From positions 1 through 64,000 of the forward strand of contig NMRA01000245.1 of the NCBI GenBank assembly GCA_002633005.1: DNA of 64,000 bases, in the 5' to 3' direction. This document shows, piece after piece, positions 13,060-25,500 of the stretch (positions are counted from its first letter, which is position 1; each line of letters starts with the position of its first letter). The translations under genes and the position numbers were made by a program. The stretch comes from Phoronis australis. Lineage: Eukaryota; Animalia; Phoronida. Below the pieces are notes generated by a model that saw only the letters and a list, made by a program, of their open reading frames with translations, was not told the origin of the DNA and did no database searches.

Positions 13060-13507
13060 ACAATGTAAATAGACAAGAGGTCAGTATAGACCAAGAGATT
13101 TTAACAATAGTTGTTGGATTTCGTGCGCATGCAAAATTGCCCGCATTTCTTACGAATAATGAAAAATGAGTACGTACTTGCATTTTAAAAGAATATGAAG
13201 TAGGCATATAACCACTACACATTCATCAAATCCGTGTTAAGATGGCATCACTTCACAGCGTGACTGAAAAGTTTAGGGCCGCTGCGTCTCAATCTCACTC
13301 ACCGTAACCACACTCACGGCCGGGTTGAAACTAAATGTAGTTAGTAGGCTACCCTGTCCCTGCCGAAGTCAAAGACTCCCATTCAGTCTTCAATTTAAAA
13401 CCGCCGTTAGTCGCCGCACCCCTGTCCCGTGCCCCAGATGTTGTCGCTGCTTGAGAAGGAGTCGTTAGTTAGATTCAAGAATCAGGATTGGCAGTGATCT
13501 TTTGAAG

Positions 13508-13595
13508 GTAGCGAACCTTCGGAGTAGTGAACCTTCGGAGAAGTGAACCTTCGGAATAGAGGACTTTCGGAGTAGTGGACCTTAGGAATAGCGAC
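13508..13595 (-). repeat. About 5 x 16-bp tandem repeat (CCTTCGGARTAGTGAA)
   Basis: Read directly; reverse complement of the unit at 10808. Confidence 0.8.
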
Positions 13596-13974
13596 GTGTA
13601 ACTTTAGAAATCTTTTCCATCATGTTTGTTGCTCGTATGAAGTCTACGAGTTGTACACCATTGACATTGATTGACAAGAGAAGACTTTCTTCATTGACCA
13701 AAGATTTTATTAGGTCTAGACCTACTTTTCCCTAATAATGTGAACGTACTCGTCGGAGTTTTCTCAGTGAAAGAAAACACGGAAGTTAAATGTCTGGTTT
13801 TCGAGCAACGGCGGAGGACTGCCTATAGTGAACTTACCGTCGGCGTGTGTACTGAATTTAAAAGAATAGAAATGCACACATATGTATATGTATACATGCC
13901 AATCCACCGGTCCTCAATCAAAGTGGACCCTGTATGAACAACGTTTTTGACGATCACTTTTAATTCAAAATCTG

Positions 13975-14410
13975 AAAATGCCTGCACTTTAACGTAATAT
14001 ACTAGCAAGTATACCGAAATAGCAGATAAAAAAACATTTTCTGCTGTTTTGTTTCTTGGTCGATTTTAAGGTATTCACATCGCACTACTTTTTGGGAGTT
14101 CTCTCGCTGCTATATAACATAAAGTAGCTAGGTATAGACACTTACTTCTAGACGCCCTCGTTTTCTCATGGTGTAGCCACCATGTGCGTTCAATGGCAAT
14201 GAATAACAATGATTACGTGAAGCGCTTTGAAAATTATTACTAACTTAGTTATCATTGTAGTTAGTAGTACCAGTAACTGCAACAATTTTATTGTTATTGC
14301 CCATCTATTAACGGATAGGCTGAGCGGGGCTGGACGTTTCCGCGAGAGGCTGGGGGTGGGGTTGATCGAACCTTCCGAACTCCCCCCCCCCCTCCCTGGC
14401 TACGGGCTTG
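13975..14410 (-). repeat. Inverted homolog of 1234-1700
   Basis: Shared blocks such as CGCACTACTTTTTGGGAG and CGGATAGGCTG; ends CCTGGCTACGGGCTTG. Confidence 0.65.
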
Positions 14411-17400
14411 GGATATTATTCAGCATAGAATTGTATTGTTAACTTGAATAAATATTGGCGATGAAGAGGTATTTGTTCAAACCGGACAAGCAACATTGGA
14501 CAAGATGTGCCACTGGAAATAAAAAAATACATTCTCCAGTGTAGGGTTTTCCCAACGAAATTTACTGGAGATTTTCGAAAGTTCCCCCACCATTCTAAAG
14601 CCCCATGGCCGCCGAAACTCTTTTTTCGGTATAACTATTTACGTATAGTGGTTCACATCTCAAGTAAAGGGACTAATTAATTAATTGCCAGCTAAGTATA
14701 ATATGTAACACCTGCTGCCCGGAAAATAATTGCACATACTTTTAAACGTTTTCACCACATCGTTCTTAGGATATACAGCCATTAGTTAATGAATAAAAAA
14801 TCCCTTTTTAAGATATCAGTATATTATCGGATTTTGTGACGTGTTGCCTTGACCAGGGCCCTAGAACTGACCTATCAAGTTATTTATTAATGATCTGGGC
14901 TTATTTAGGGTTTAAGAGAAAAAAAATTTAAAGCACCTTAGTATGTTCAAATTAATAATTAACAAGAAATTGTTATTAAAATGATCCAGGCTTCTGGTTG
15001 CAAATATGCTTTAATGAATTAATAATAATCATAGACTCTTATATAGCCCGCGGGTACCTGTAGATCTCACATCATGAAAGCTATCATAACGTAAAATGTG
15101 CAGAATAAAAAACACAAGCAAAGAATGAAAAAACACGACCCCAGCACATAAACGCATCACCAGCGTGGGTAACCCCCCCCCCGGCGGCATAATAGTAAAT
15201 CCGCCGCTGACACAACAGCGTGTTCAAAGTGCCAATCGGTTTTGTTAGGATGTGCATAAATTACGACTAACCAATGTATTTAATTCTCCAAGTATTCCTT
15301 AATTAAGTATTCGATAATTACGAACCAGTTGCCTCAATTAACGGCAATTCATGTGCAAATTGATTTGCTAATCCAAATGAATACGATTTTAGACGAAAAA
15401 TCTCTCGAGGTCGAATACCCGGAACTATTTGCCTCACAGTTCCTGCTTAGTTATACTTTTTGTTAAGAAAATATCACCACCCTTTTCATACGTATTCAGC
15501 TGAAGCTTGAGAACCAGTTTTCTCTACTGAATGACGGGCACTGGTTCTCAAAATATGGGCACGTCATATCCAACTAATGTCATATAAACATCAATACGTC
15601 TAGGTATTTGTAATTTAAAGTAATTTTATATTCCACCACTAGGCGGAAGTGCGATTTTAAAAGCGTATTTTGACAGCTATTTTAAATTGTTTTACTCATT
15701 TAATTTGTTTGATGCGACCAACAACGTTTAAGTGTGTTGTTCGGTCAATACCTGGGACAATACTTTTTATCAAGAACTACACAATGTTCACGAAATCCAA
15801 ATTCCAACATTTTGTTATGTTCACCAAATTCACTGACAAAGTACACGAAAATGCGAAGTTTTAAATGTGGGTATATTTTTGAAAAGTACACCCATCAATG
15901 AGGTGGAAAACGTCAAAATAAAATTACCAAGTGAAAGTAGTCACGTAGCTTTGTTTAAAACTCTTACAGCTCAGGGCCGACCGATTATGTCGTGATTTGG
16001 CCTCGCCAGCGAAACTATGTGAAAGTGCTCTATTCGTGTGCAAACGACTATGCTACCAACAGTAAAAGACTAATGAAATGTTTTTACTTCCTTTGGAGAA
16101 ATTCTAAAGAACAACACGTCAATGGCGAGTGACAGGCACCTAGTAAAAAACGGCCAAGTTTGCGGAGCAAGGTACTTGTGTGGGGACAGTGAGGCGCCAG
16201 CTGTGGCCTTTCACGTGTACATTTATCGCTTAGAAGCAATAAACCAATAAACACGCGCCTTCCATTCTGTTAAGAACCAGTTTTTGATTCGTAATCTACA
16301 GGTTTTCGACGGAAGGCGGACTTATAGAAGGTTTGATGAAATTCATTGGGTTAGTTCGTACACGCACGGAGCAGGCATAGGTTGTACGATGTCCTTTTTG
16401 TAAAACTTTATGAAGGAGAACTTCCTCCACTAGCCCTGTGTTCAGCTGGCAATGAAGTCTGTGTTTTAGAGAACGGTGCATAATGCATTGTACATCAAAG
16501 ATTCAGTTGAACCCCAGCCAGCCGTTTCCGAGATACGATGTTTCGAAATTACCCAAAATTTGGACAAACAAGGACATCATTGCTTAAAAATTTCCTAAAC
16601 AAGAAAGCATCTTTTTGGTTGCTTGAGGTGATCCAAGTGGAAAAGTAACTACACAGTAATGAAGGGAGCTGGTTACGTATACTGTACAGACAGAGATTGG
16701 AGCTAGTCATTATATTTTTATTATTCTGTTACATTTCTGATAGAAGCCTTCAAAGGTTTTTGTGTCTGTTTCTGTTTCTTGGGGTCCAGTCAATGAAAAC
16801 AGTCCAAAAATCATTGCCACCCCCTCCCCCCAAAGTAGTTAAGTGCCGATTCCATCAGGAATGAATAGGGTTCCGTGATTTTTTCGCGTCACCGTTTTCT
16901 GGAAGTTTTGTAGCGATCTGTCTCTTACTTTTAGCTATGCCTTGGAAAACTAAATTGGAAGATGATGGACGGACAGACAAGCAAATATATTCTTTGGAGA
17001 AAATCAGACGAAATGGTTTCGATAGAGGGCGCTTGGTGTCACAGACCTATAAAGTATCCCTACACATAGGACTTCATTTGTGCTCTGATAGCGAGACGAA
17101 ATGTAATAGTTTTTGACACTTTATGTGTTGCTGTATGGTTCGGATTTTCTTATCACAATGGGTATGCGTTTGAAGTGGAGGTTCTTTTCGTCAAACAAGT
17201 GAGGACAAATTGAAAATGAAAAACAAGACTGTCTCCTAGTGTCAACTGAGAAGACACCACATTGGTGTGGTCGAATTTTCAAAGAAATTTTGCACTAAAG
17301 TTGCTAATCTTCACGGAGATCTCGGTAAAGACGGATTTAGGCGCTTGGTCAACAAAATCACAGCGGCATTGTTTTTGTTGTCGTCATTTCCACGAAATGG

Positions 17401-20400
17401 GATTATTTTGTATTATCTCGACCTGAAACGTGTTCTGCAAACGTGAAATTGTACTAACACTCTCTCACACACAGACTCGCGGCAAAAACCCTACATGACC
17501 TCAAATGAACAGCTAGTAATCAATAACATAGTCTCGAGGGGTCCATTTACGATTTACAAGTTTCACAGGGGCAAAAATACGGTGCAAAATGTCTTAATTA
17601 TAAACTAAGCGGGAAATCTATAATTACAGCCGCTGTCATGTTTGATTTAGAGGAATGCTCCTCTCGTGACATGGCATAACCACTGTATGCGTGACGTCAT
17701 TAATAAATTAAATTCTGACATACTATTAATTATTATTTTGGAAGCCGACAAAACGTACCTTCAGACATTGTAAAATAAAATAAGTTGTATACGTTTTAGC
17801 ACCCCACTTGTCAGTCTGGACATGGTATAACCGTGAGATAAAACGCCTTATTTCAGATTTTGTTATTCATATCTTCTGAAAATTGCACAATATAAGACTC
17901 GCAGGTAAAGTATGCACTACATTCTCCAACTTGATACCAAGTCGCACTACTTTTGAGTCCTGCCTTCACTGGGCACGCGCAATATTAATTTTTGGTTTTA
18001 CAGCTATGTCGTCCTCTTATGCCAAGGTCATGGTTGCTGACAAATATGGATATGTGGGTCCCCCAAACGTAAATTAAAACTTTCTAGTGCAAGTCATCTC
18101 TAGAAACAACTGAAAGAACGAACCAATAGATGCCACGTCATCGTCATCATCGTCGGAGTATGAATGCTCAATCGGAGTATGGAGTTTATATTCTTACCAG
18201 TCAGAATGCCCATAGGTAATAATTATAAATGAAAATATGAAAAAATCCTAATTCTAAGATCCTGTGACCCTGATATCCTTTAGTCTCGTTCTAGCAATCC
18301 CTCCAACAAAAGAACTCGTGATCAATACGAGTTTTCATTCAAAGAATCTATGATTTGATTTAAAAAAAATAATTTGATCAAAAAATTTTGGTCTGAACAA
18401 GTTCAAAATTGAGATAGTAAAACCACTGTATCACTCATTGGACCTAGGCATAAATAAGGCCGTTGTACTTAGCGATAGAAATCCTGAAGGCCCAGTGGCC
18501 CGAGGTTTTTGTTGGTTAAACATTTTTAACGCAATTTTAATCACTCTGATGTACAAGATGAAGTTCAAAAAGTTATCAACTTTCAACACATTAAGTTTGT
18601 TTTATGCAGCTTGGATTTTATTTCTTTCAGTTTATAAGAGCCATATTTTTGGTGACCATTCACACAAAAGGAACTTTTTAAAAGTAATTTACTATATGAA
18701 AGTTTTACATGAATTAGATCAACCATTTCTTAGATTTGACGTTCCAAAGTTAGCCAAATTTGGACATTTTCTAAGGTCCTACACAACCTTGTACAGTCTT
18801 ATTAACTAAGATGATGAACGTTATCCTTCACCCAGGTGGAATACTTGATGCTTTCATCTACGCCGCTGTTGTCGTTTTCCAAATGCATTGTAGGACGGTT
18901 ATTGACTCATGAACAATATACACTGTGGTCAGGGTTGATTAATAGAACTTGACACAAGAGAAATTGTTTACCTTATATCCGAAAGGACATGGTAATATTT
19001 TTAAATACAATCCCACGGCTTTATATTCGGGAATTCTGTATTTTAAAGTGATGCTTGGAAACTAAATACGTACATGGGTTGTTACGTATAAAGCTTCTAA
19101 TAGAAGCACCGCTTTTAACAGAAGCAGGTCTCTAACAGAAGGAGGGCAATTAGAAATCCTGAATTCAATAAACCTGGATTTCCAATATACCCCGGGTCTC
19201 TATTAAGCGCCGCCACACATGAAATTAATAAACGACCAGGCTTCAATTAGAAACTTTACAGTATGCGGACTGATATATTTCTTCCAAATAGAACTACGAT
19301 CTATGTCGCCACCTGTTGTGTAGGGCGTACCAGGTGAGGCCGTTCCCTTTTCATGATTAACTACCTCATTTTTTGTATTAAATGAAGTTTTCAAGCTAAA
19401 TTCAACGCCATATTTGTAGTTGCCGTAGGGTTTTACGTTTGGTTGACACAGCGTGTTTTAACGCCAAAACATGACGTGCAACTTTACCGTGATGCAAAAG
19501 TAGGCGAACGCAAAGTCCATTTGCAAAGCAAATACCTATTTCAAATTAAATCGAAACGTTAAAAATCAGGAATATGTCCGTGATCATATTGTTTCAACTG
19601 ACTGGGTATTTTGTGATTCATATTTCAAACGAAAAAAAAGATGGATTTTTGCTTATGTGTCGCCATTTTGTCTCTGGCTGTTTTTCTTTCAGGTCAAAAG
19701 AGGACTGTGCAAAGAAATGTAAAGGGACACAGAACAGTTCTCACTTGGTTTTGCTTAGCAGAACACACACCAATGGGCTTGTCACCCTTTTTTCACTCTG
19801 TCGAAAACCGTATGCAAAGAATGAAAAGTCAGTTCACATCACAAGCCCTATAGATGAGCACAGAAACTAAGAAAAAGGAGGCACTTTTCACCTGAAAACC
19901 ATCCCTTCCCTACCGATGCGCGACATTAGCAAACACTAGATTCTGAATAAATTTCTACTAAAATCAAAAATATGGTCGGAAATTCTGTCAACTAATTAAG
20001 TTTTTGCAATTCTGGCTTGTTTGAGCGCTTTTTGAAATTGCTGCCGATTCCTCAGTGGCTACTCAACAATGCATAAATGCAACAGGAGGCTATCATCAAG
20101 AAAAGTACGTACACATCTGAAAAAGTCATTTTCTCATTCCCAAAATGTCCTCAAACACAAGCAAACCAGATTCACTGAATCTTAATGAAACGCTTAACTA
20201 AAAACTGCCCCCCCCCCCCAAGCCTGGTCTACCTCTAGATTTTAATATTTTGGCACTGCAGATTGGCCGCAATTGAGGCCTAACTGTTCAGCGCCACCAA
20301 ATCATGTTAACCGGAAAAAGCGACAACCGAGCATGCGCGCTCTAACGGCTGTGACAAAAAATGCCACGTATAACCATCTAAGTTACGTGACAATTGACGC

Positions 20401-21672
20401 CTTTTAGGAGCACCCATCTCTCGCTTTCTATTAACTATGCATTTTGAGGTTCACTTGACAATGTATTATTTTATTTTTGTATGATGGTTCCTACGTAGTA
20501 TAAGCACCAAAAATCATGTCGCAGTGTACCCGAGCCCCTTTACTCACTTAAAATCTACACTTTTGTAGACATCTGACTAAATGCATTCTTGTCAATAAAG
20601 CACTGCATATACCCAAGACCATTATTAGTTAATTACGCAGGGAATATTCTGATGAATTTTCTAACAATATAAGTATTGTCTGAACTTCGTTATTACAAAA
20701 TCTTGATTGATGAAGAGGGACTTGTTCGCTGGAAACTCGCACATGTCAATCATATTGTTATGGTATGCTACGGTGACGATCGCATACAGTGTTCATATCT
20801 AACGGTGCTGAAAGTAAATATACTGGCAATTGTTAACAAAGATTTCTTGTAGTGAACCGCAACCCGCTGGAACGAACCAGAATTCGCCTTAATAAGAAAA
20901 TAAATTCTGAAAATCTCTTGGGGGAAGGCCCCCCTGCCTCCGTCTCCTTTGCACCCATGCCACAAGAATCATACAAGAAATATGCGGATCTGAAAAAGTC
21001 TACAGTTAATCCAAACGTCACGGTGGATGTGCAGTTTAGATTGTACGTTGCGTTGCCACGTGACGGCCCAGCATGTCAAGGTTATCTTCTTCTTGATAAC
21101 CTGGAAGTGTTCATTGGTTTCTGATTTACATGTTCAATCATTTGCGAAAATCGACTGATACAAATCCATTTTTGACAATTAAAAGCTAATCTTGTAAGAA
21201 ATTGATGACGATTCAATGAAAATAGAGGCACTATGTGACTCCAATCAAAATTGGTGCTACCTTGAATTTTGACGTAAGGTGGTGACATTCTGCCACTTCT
21301 GTATCATTTACTCCACTAGGGAAGGGGTGTAGTCACCAGAAACTTGCTAACCCGTATTCCAAGATTTTGAAACAGGGCTCTAAAAAAGTGAATCTTGGCA
21401 TTACGTTTCATTCTCGCTCTCCAATTTAGGTACGAAGTTCAAGAGACAATGCTCAATATATTCAACTCCGAGATGATGTTATTTCTCCCCAGATTTCACC
21501 AGATTTTCCTGCCGGAGGTAAACGTTTTTACGTCACGGTTACATTTGTACCCCTTAATAAGTTATTTTTACGGAGTGTCTTTTCGGCTTCCTGATAAAAT
21601 GTATTTCATAAAAAGACACTAAAATTCAAAATCCTATCCTTAATGCGTTAGTCGCATAACGTGTTCAGGTAT

Positions 21673-21741
21673 CAGCTGCGGATTTAGGGGGGGCAAAGGG
21701 GCCATGGCCCCCCCTAACTCGAAATCCTGGATCCGCCCCGG
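21673..21741. mobile_element. Short internally deleted copy of the same hAT-like MITE, TSD GGTAT
   Basis: CAGCTGCGGATTTAG...CTGGATCCGCCCCGG flanked by GGTAT/GGTAT. Confidence 0.75.
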
Positions 21742-21927
21742 GGTATAAAGGTGATTCTTTCTCGTGCATATTTGTTGAAACAAGGGTACCAAAGTTTCTG
21801 GTGGTCCTTTCCTGGGGCTTGTTCCCAAACCAGCAAAATATGCACGCCAATGAGGGTTGTGCGAAACTGGCGACGACGGGTGGAGAAGCGGAAGTGCCGA
21901 TAGGGAGGTACGGTATCTGAAATTCGG

Positions 21928-22069
21928 GCGTGCGTTCAGTAGCGCTAGGACCTACGCTAGGACCTAGCTAACCAAAGTCACGTGTTTTCATTTAAAATAC
22001 ATGGCAATATCTCACGTAATCTCGCGACGTCTTGCTTTTAGCGAGGTCCTAGCGTTACTGAACGAGAGG
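21928..22069. mobile_element. Harbinger-like MITE, 3-bp TSD CGG
   Basis: TIR CGTTCAGTARCGCTAGGACCT; CGG on both flanks; inverted copy at 37611-37760. Confidence 0.75.
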
Positions 22070-22487
22070 CGGGATTACGTGAGGGTTAAAAGTTTGCGAC
22101 AGTCAAGTAAGTGTGCCCGACTGTCGCTCTCAGATAGCGAAGCAACCATAAAGTTCACCTCAAGCTGCGTCAGCTCGTATCAACCCAGTCAAAATTCTCA
22201 TTGACATTGAAGTCTGTTGACTACCTTGAAAAACAAGGATCAAATGCGCTCTGTTGTGTACGAGAGCGCTGCATATCAGTCAAGAACAGGTGTTGCATGG
22301 GAAAGGTGAAACAATGACTGCTCAAATTATCTGCGGATGCATGGAGCTCCATCTGCAGAAAAACAAAACAAGCACTTGTAGACCCTAATGAATCAAAAAA
22401 GCTCTTATGCATCGATAGGCTTGCTGGTTTGGCAGATCAAAACGATTTCGTTCACACCGCCTTAAGCTCGCCATTCAGGTTACAAGA

Positions 22488-22550
22488 CCTGCTCAGGTCA
22501 CATGACCCGCTCAGGTCACATGCCGGAACCGCTCAGGTCACATGACCTGT
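22488..22550 (+). repeat. 3 x GCTCAGGTCACATG tandem repeat
   Basis: Read directly. Confidence 0.8.
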
Positions 22551-25500
22551 TCAAACTGCGGGAGCATGAAAGCCGACCAGAGAGATCTTGTCAATAGTAG
22601 AGATTTGTCTCCTGTGCCATAAAGCGTCTCAACTTGTTCCTTACTCAGACGAGAAGTGATTAATGATTTGCAAAGAACTGGCACTTCGTTGTTTGTTGAT
22701 ACCAGCTCATAAAATGACACTCCGCATGCACTCGGTATGGGGACCTTTTTATCATACAAAATCAAAGAGGACTAAAAAAATCGGGGCCACTAGGTTCAGG
22801 CCTACGAATTGTGTATCTGCGCCGATTTCCTGTGTCCTTTGTGGAGTTTTGTGTCGTTTACCCGGACTTTTTTCACTGAGGCGGATCTTTTCGCCCCCAA
22901 TTCACTTTCACTATGGAAGAAAACAAATTGAATAGCATCATTGCTGAGAGAATTTTGGTTTAGGAAACTTGCAAAAACTTGAGTGACGAAGGGTGACTCA
23001 CGGAAGCGAATTTTGCCGTTCGCCAAAAATCTCAATCCTACAGCCATTGACTTGATTCTCGCGATGGTTTGCGGGCGCATCACTGAGTTTCGTAGACTTT
23101 CGCCAAATATTACATTTTATTTTTCATGGTGGAGATCAGCCTTATTAGTATACGTTCGGACTTTTGAAATGTTTCAACTTCCGCTAAGAACGATGTAACG
23201 GCACAGAAATGATCGACCGAAACGTCTTGCGACTTATTTAGGCTACAAGCTGGTGTAAACATGAAAATCGATTTTAAAAACGGTGTAAGTACATCGCCAC
23301 CCCAAAGCGGTTTTAGGAAGTCACCCTATGGCATGAGGTGTGTGAAAACTACTCAACAAAAACACTTAGAATTAAGTCGTCGGTCCTGGCCCACGTTTAA
23401 GTAGTCATGAGGTGCTGGGCCAGTTTAACTAGTCATGAGGTGCTGGGCCAGTTTACTGCAAAGTCGTTGTAATTATCCTCATGATTACAGATATAAGTCC
23501 TTAACGAAGCTTATTAAAACAAGTGTTCCAACTAGTGGCCAGTTATTAATACATTGCACTTTGCCTGATGATCGATACGTTCAATAAGAAAGCTCTTACC
23601 CAAAGAAGGCCTTTCGAGATTCGAAATTCACAACAGACTGCGTATCTCCAGCGTGTGACGTTCACGTTACATACAGGTCTAATGTGTGCAGTACTGGGGT
23701 TATTGGGAGAAAATCTATGAAAACGATCGCGAGAATTTGGCCTTTGTCATAGTCAACTATAGACGAAACGATTAATAGGTGTAATAGGTGTGGAAAATGT
23801 GATCTCAACTGGATTTATTGCGCGCCAGATTGTACTTATTGCTTTTAGACACCTCTAATGTTCACGGAGAGATAGAGATAATGAAAAGTGCAGTACATAA
23901 ACCCAGGGGCTCATTGCACGGTGGGAATGACCCGAGATTTGGCGGTAACTTTCGTGAAGACTATAATTCTGGCTACAAAGAGCAGCGGTGATGTCAGGAT
24001 TTAGGCAAGAAGCTCCAGAGAAAAATTTCGATGGAAATCCAACTTGGTTTGCAAGACCCAGCCCAAACACAAGAACAACTGCAAAAACAACATCGTCATC
24101 AAATTAGTTGTAACATTACAGTGACAACAACAATATAAATAAGTGCCATTTCAACTTGTAGTTAAGCTAATTTTTAGAATTGGCCGTAATAAAACTTTAC
24201 AGCTGCTATTACAATCACGCCTTTTGCTTTAGACTATTTGTCTTTACAAAAGTGATCTCGTTTTGTTCCTTTTCCAAGTAAGAGGTTGTTTATGGTCTTA
24301 CGGAGAACTAAGAATACGGTCATTTCTCTTACAGTTCGTACACTTTAATAATTCTTACATCACCCTTGGAATACGGCATTTCTGACACTAATAGTACGTA
24401 CAGTAGGTTTACGAGGGAAATATAGTTCGTAAACGTATCTGCGTCGGGAAAAAATATTGCGTACACGTTTTGTCGATTAGTAAAATAGTACCTCGTATAC
24501 CTATACAAGAACTCAAATCACTAAGCGCCATCTATTCCGGTTATCGATACCCGTGGTTTGTTGTACTACTGAGCTAGTACAGTGCTCGAAAAGTCGTTTT
24601 TCATCGTCATTGTTGTCGACAGCAAATGCGGAAAATGCGATAAGGTATTCCAACGTGTCGTCAAATGGCGATAAAATTTCCATTAACAGCAGATTTTTCC
24701 AACAACGGTTCTGTAGCCCTCAGATTAGTCTTTCACGAATGAATTTACAAAATTGCGGATGCAAACGGGACCCAGTCTCTCAATAATTTTTTACACGCGC
24801 GACATGGTGTGATCCGGTCCGATGGGATTAAACTACCTGGGACTTGAGCTGTTTCAAACATGCACCGACAGGTTTTCTCTTCAAGGAGTAGCCTAAGGGC
24901 CGCGGACGACGAGAAGAACAAGTTTGTGATCTATTTGTAAATCAAAATACGTCAGGTCAATAAATGTCGCGAGTGTAAAAAGTTATTGAGTGACTGGCAC
25001 GCGTTTGCAGCGCACCGTCCTGCGATCTTGTTAGAGCTGATTCAACAGTCGCGCGCACACGATCAGTGACCATGCGGCGCTACACTTGGATTGTATCTAT
25101 TGTCACGCGGCAGCAGTGTAAACTGCGCGCATGCAAGCTTCACGTGTTGCAGATTCCCGTGGTATGAGTAGAACTGCTTGCAAGCAGTCAAGTTCTTATT
25201 CAGAAAGCAGTTAAATTTGACGAAATAAATGTTTGAAGAACTAATTAAGATTGTTTGTGCTTGGGATGTTAATGTTCGAGACTCTCATTGTCAACGTAAG
25301 TTTTTTAGGTGCGTCTGTGGTATCTCGACCACCCGGCGCCGCTCACCGTTGCCGTTGCGTGAACTTCTACACGGTGAAGACAAGAATCAAAGGTAAGCCG
25401 ACAGCAGCCAGTCATCAATTAAAAGTTACCGCAAAGTAATTACTCCAGAACATGTATTTGTTGGGTATTTTATTTAAAAATACCAACGATTTTCACCAGG

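Larger units (their letters stand above)
12169..13114 (+). mobile_element. Penelope-like retroelement, 5'-truncated and decayed (RT C-terminus, GIY-YIG endonuclease, pLTR)
   Basis: Translation gives FNSNHTKGVKKGIIKCL...NGYPKDFI...LPYIHG...NVIYEIPCECGESYVGETLRPLEMRIAEH...GVAEH...RKIKEAMYM with stops. No Cys knuckle in the linker, consistent with the Penelope/Poseidon group. Confidence 0.92.

Noticed and set aside
13508-13595. CRISPR-like regular repeats
   Set aside because: Contiguous 16-bp units without unique spacers, in eukaryotic DNA with no cas genes.
1234-14410. Inverted 400-bp repeats as the TIRs of one 13-kb element (for example a Polinton)
   Set aside because: No shared target duplication, high divergence, and no matching internal ORFs; more likely two dispersed copies.
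17246-17280. Hammerhead-like CTGAGAA-stem-GAAT
   Set aside because: Core boxes and stems I/III are not satisfied.
19574-19870. Small ORFs with a signal-peptide-like start or a Kunitz-like FRSKEDCAKKC
   Set aside because: Remaining Kunitz cysteine pattern is absent and there is no gene structure; probably chance.
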